NCBI RefSeq assembly: GCF_964204645.1 | Contig: NC_134035.1 | Span: 6,781,101-6,845,100 of the forward strand | Length of the DNA stretch: 64,000 nucleotides | Source: Tubulanus polymorphus | Taxonomy: Eukaryota > Animalia > Nemertea | Direction of reading: 5' to 3' | In this document: piece by piece, positions 62,126-64,000 of the stretch | How the letters are laid out: each line of letters starts with the position of its first letter | How positions within the stretch are numbered: the stretch's first letter is position 1 | Notes under the pieces: generated by a model | Told to the model about the DNA's origin: nothing | Databases searched by the model: none | The model's input: only the letters and a program-made list of their open reading frames with translations | Position numbers and translations under genes: made by a program

Positions 62126-63100
62126 CTACCAATGCTTCAAGGCCCACGGGCCTCTTGTTTGCAAATTTTGTGTTGTCGATGATGCGGCCGCATGGACACT
62201 CTGCGTACTTAAGCACGTAATAATCATGCAACGTGCTACTATGCCTGTGGTCACAAGTTCATGGCATTGGACACTGGTTACAGATTCCATATCAGACGAG
62301 ATATTTAGCGATTCCATTCTTTCGCCGATATTATTTAGCTGCTCGGTAAAGCCCTACATGAACAGTGTTAGATCCAATTTCTCTCTAAACGACGCAGGGA
62401 GTTTACATTCGGTGATCGGAGTAATGAACGCTGAGCATTCAGCTGAGTCTACTCCAAGATTTTGTAACGATCGGATATCGGCGTTGACTTAATTATAAAA
62501 CTCGCTAATCTGAATTCGTTCATGGGCGCTATGATAGCTAGCAAGCTATTTAGCTAGCGACCCGAGGTTCCCATCTGATGCATATATCCCTTGGACTGCT
62601 TCCACCGCATTACCTGACAGCTGACCCATGATGTAGTTAGATTTGGTGATATCAGCATAGGGTCCGTTTAATATATCCACTACCATAGCGTGCCAAAAGG
62701 CTGACCATTCGGAAAAGATTACGTCGAAAACGAGCTTCAACTTCCGCAGTTGAGCTGTTTGTTGCATTCAGAAGTGGTCGGTTTTGCCTCATCGGTTATA
62801 GATCCGGAGGTTAAGCTGTATTGAAATTTCTTGAACTTCAACAATTTCAATCGCTCTTGATTTGATTGAGAGTTCAGCTTTAAACTCGACTGGCTGTTCT
62901 TCCTGCCTCCAGTTTGTCTGTTCCCACTCTTGGTACGCAGATTTCATCCCTGCAAGACCGACTTCGATTAGTACAGGGATGAAAATCTTCTGACCATAGA
63001 CGGATTTCCGACCGTTTCTGACATTTTCTTTATTCCTGAGAACAGTGTAAATCACCTCAATCGCTTTAATTATAGCAACTTGTTGTTTTGTTTAGAAATG
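62126..63100 (-). pseudogene. Bel/Pao LTR retrotransposon gag remnant (DUF1759-like)
   Basis: LRKLKLVFD..FSEWSAFW......I...YADITKSNYIMGQLSGNAVEAVQG resembles the Pao gag core; preceded by a coiled-coil-like ORF. Broken by stops. Confidence 0.6.
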
Positions 63101-64000
63101 TATTTGTTAGTCGTGTTTGTAAAGTAATTAGTCATATGTTCTTTCTGTCTTTGTTTATGGCATGTTGTTGCTCAAATTGTCTACTCACTGTCTGTCACCT
63201 TTGTTTTTCATACCTAAGTTTTTGTTACTATGCAAATAGTATATATATAGATGGAATATATATATATAGATATAAGAGTCAGTTGAAACAGAATGAGGGA
63301 CACAACACACACTTTTAGTTGGCAGTTTGTACTGAGCAGTTGTTGTTGCGGTCGGTCAGAAGCCGACCAAGCATTTGAATAAAAGATTTTATCAAGATGG
63401 AATTGATGACTTTGGATTTATTTTGACGAGCTAGTTCCCGAGTGCACTGAAAATTCCAGTTGTTACATAATCATCTAAATCGCGGGCGTCACATCGGAGC
63501 GCTCCGTAGTTAGGAGTGCTCCTTAAGACGGTTTTCGGCAGTTGTTATCGCTACTGTGGAGTCGGAGAAACCAATATGGCATCTCATTCAAAAAGCGGTC
63601 CAATTCAGGCCCAAACTATTAACATTTTGACCAAAAGGAAGTAAGTTTTTTGGCTAAAAGTTACTGATTTTTGTTCCCCAAAAAAATTCTTTTTTTTTGA
63701 AAATATTTTCTGACTTTTTCTATATGGGCAGTTTTCATCCCTGTTAGTAACAGCTCTTCGGAGATATGAGAAACTTGTTCCATGATTTTCTCGGCAATAT
63801 TCCACTGCTCGTCGAATCCCTCTTTAAACGTGGTTGTTTTTATCTCGGGCAAAGCCCGAGATGTTGTAATGGGTCCAAAAATCGAAATGTTGGAAATGGA
63901 ATTTTGAATATCGCGTACATTTAAGAGAAATCGACGAATTTGTGGCGATTTTTCAAGAAATTTCAAGGAGCATTTTGTTTCATAAAACGGCTAGAAGGCC

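Noticed and set aside
63330-63600. LTR and PBS for the Bel/Pao remnant
   Set aside because: A TGGTCGG start is visible on the minus strand, but there is no second LTR or TSD in the window to confirm it.

Overview
AT-rich metazoan (probably invertebrate) genomic DNA with spliceosomal introns, made up mostly of transposable elements. Two multi-exon genes can be assembled by hand. (1) At 2.3-15.0 kb (+), phase-compatible GT-AG exons encode a USP/peptidase C19 deubiquitinase domain with intact Cys, His and Asn-Asp motifs, a micro-exon linker, and an H2C2 + DDE integrase/transposase of the Ginger2/KRBA2/SCAND3 type. It has one 1-nt frameshift and a truncated 3' end. (2) At 43.2-57.6 kb (+) are the first six exons of a GH35 beta-galactosidase (GLB1L2-like) with a 13.3-kb first intron. 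Between them is a TE nest: a decayed Harbinger, a Gypsy split by a 6.9-kb Polinton/adintovirus-like remnant (itself carrying a Penelope fragment), a Tx1/L1 LINE, and a second Polinton-like remnant. Both Polinton-like elements end in 150-180-nt hairpins whose stems differ in sequence but stay paired. The GH35 intron holds Helentron-like repeats and a Gypsy element with a TSD and an SGNH-hydrolase-like extra ORF. There are also many MITEs, foldback elements, tRNA-derived repeats and a Bel/Pao gag remnant. The strongest candidate for a new system is the deubiquitinase-transposase fusion. All family assignments come from manual motif recognition; no searches were run.
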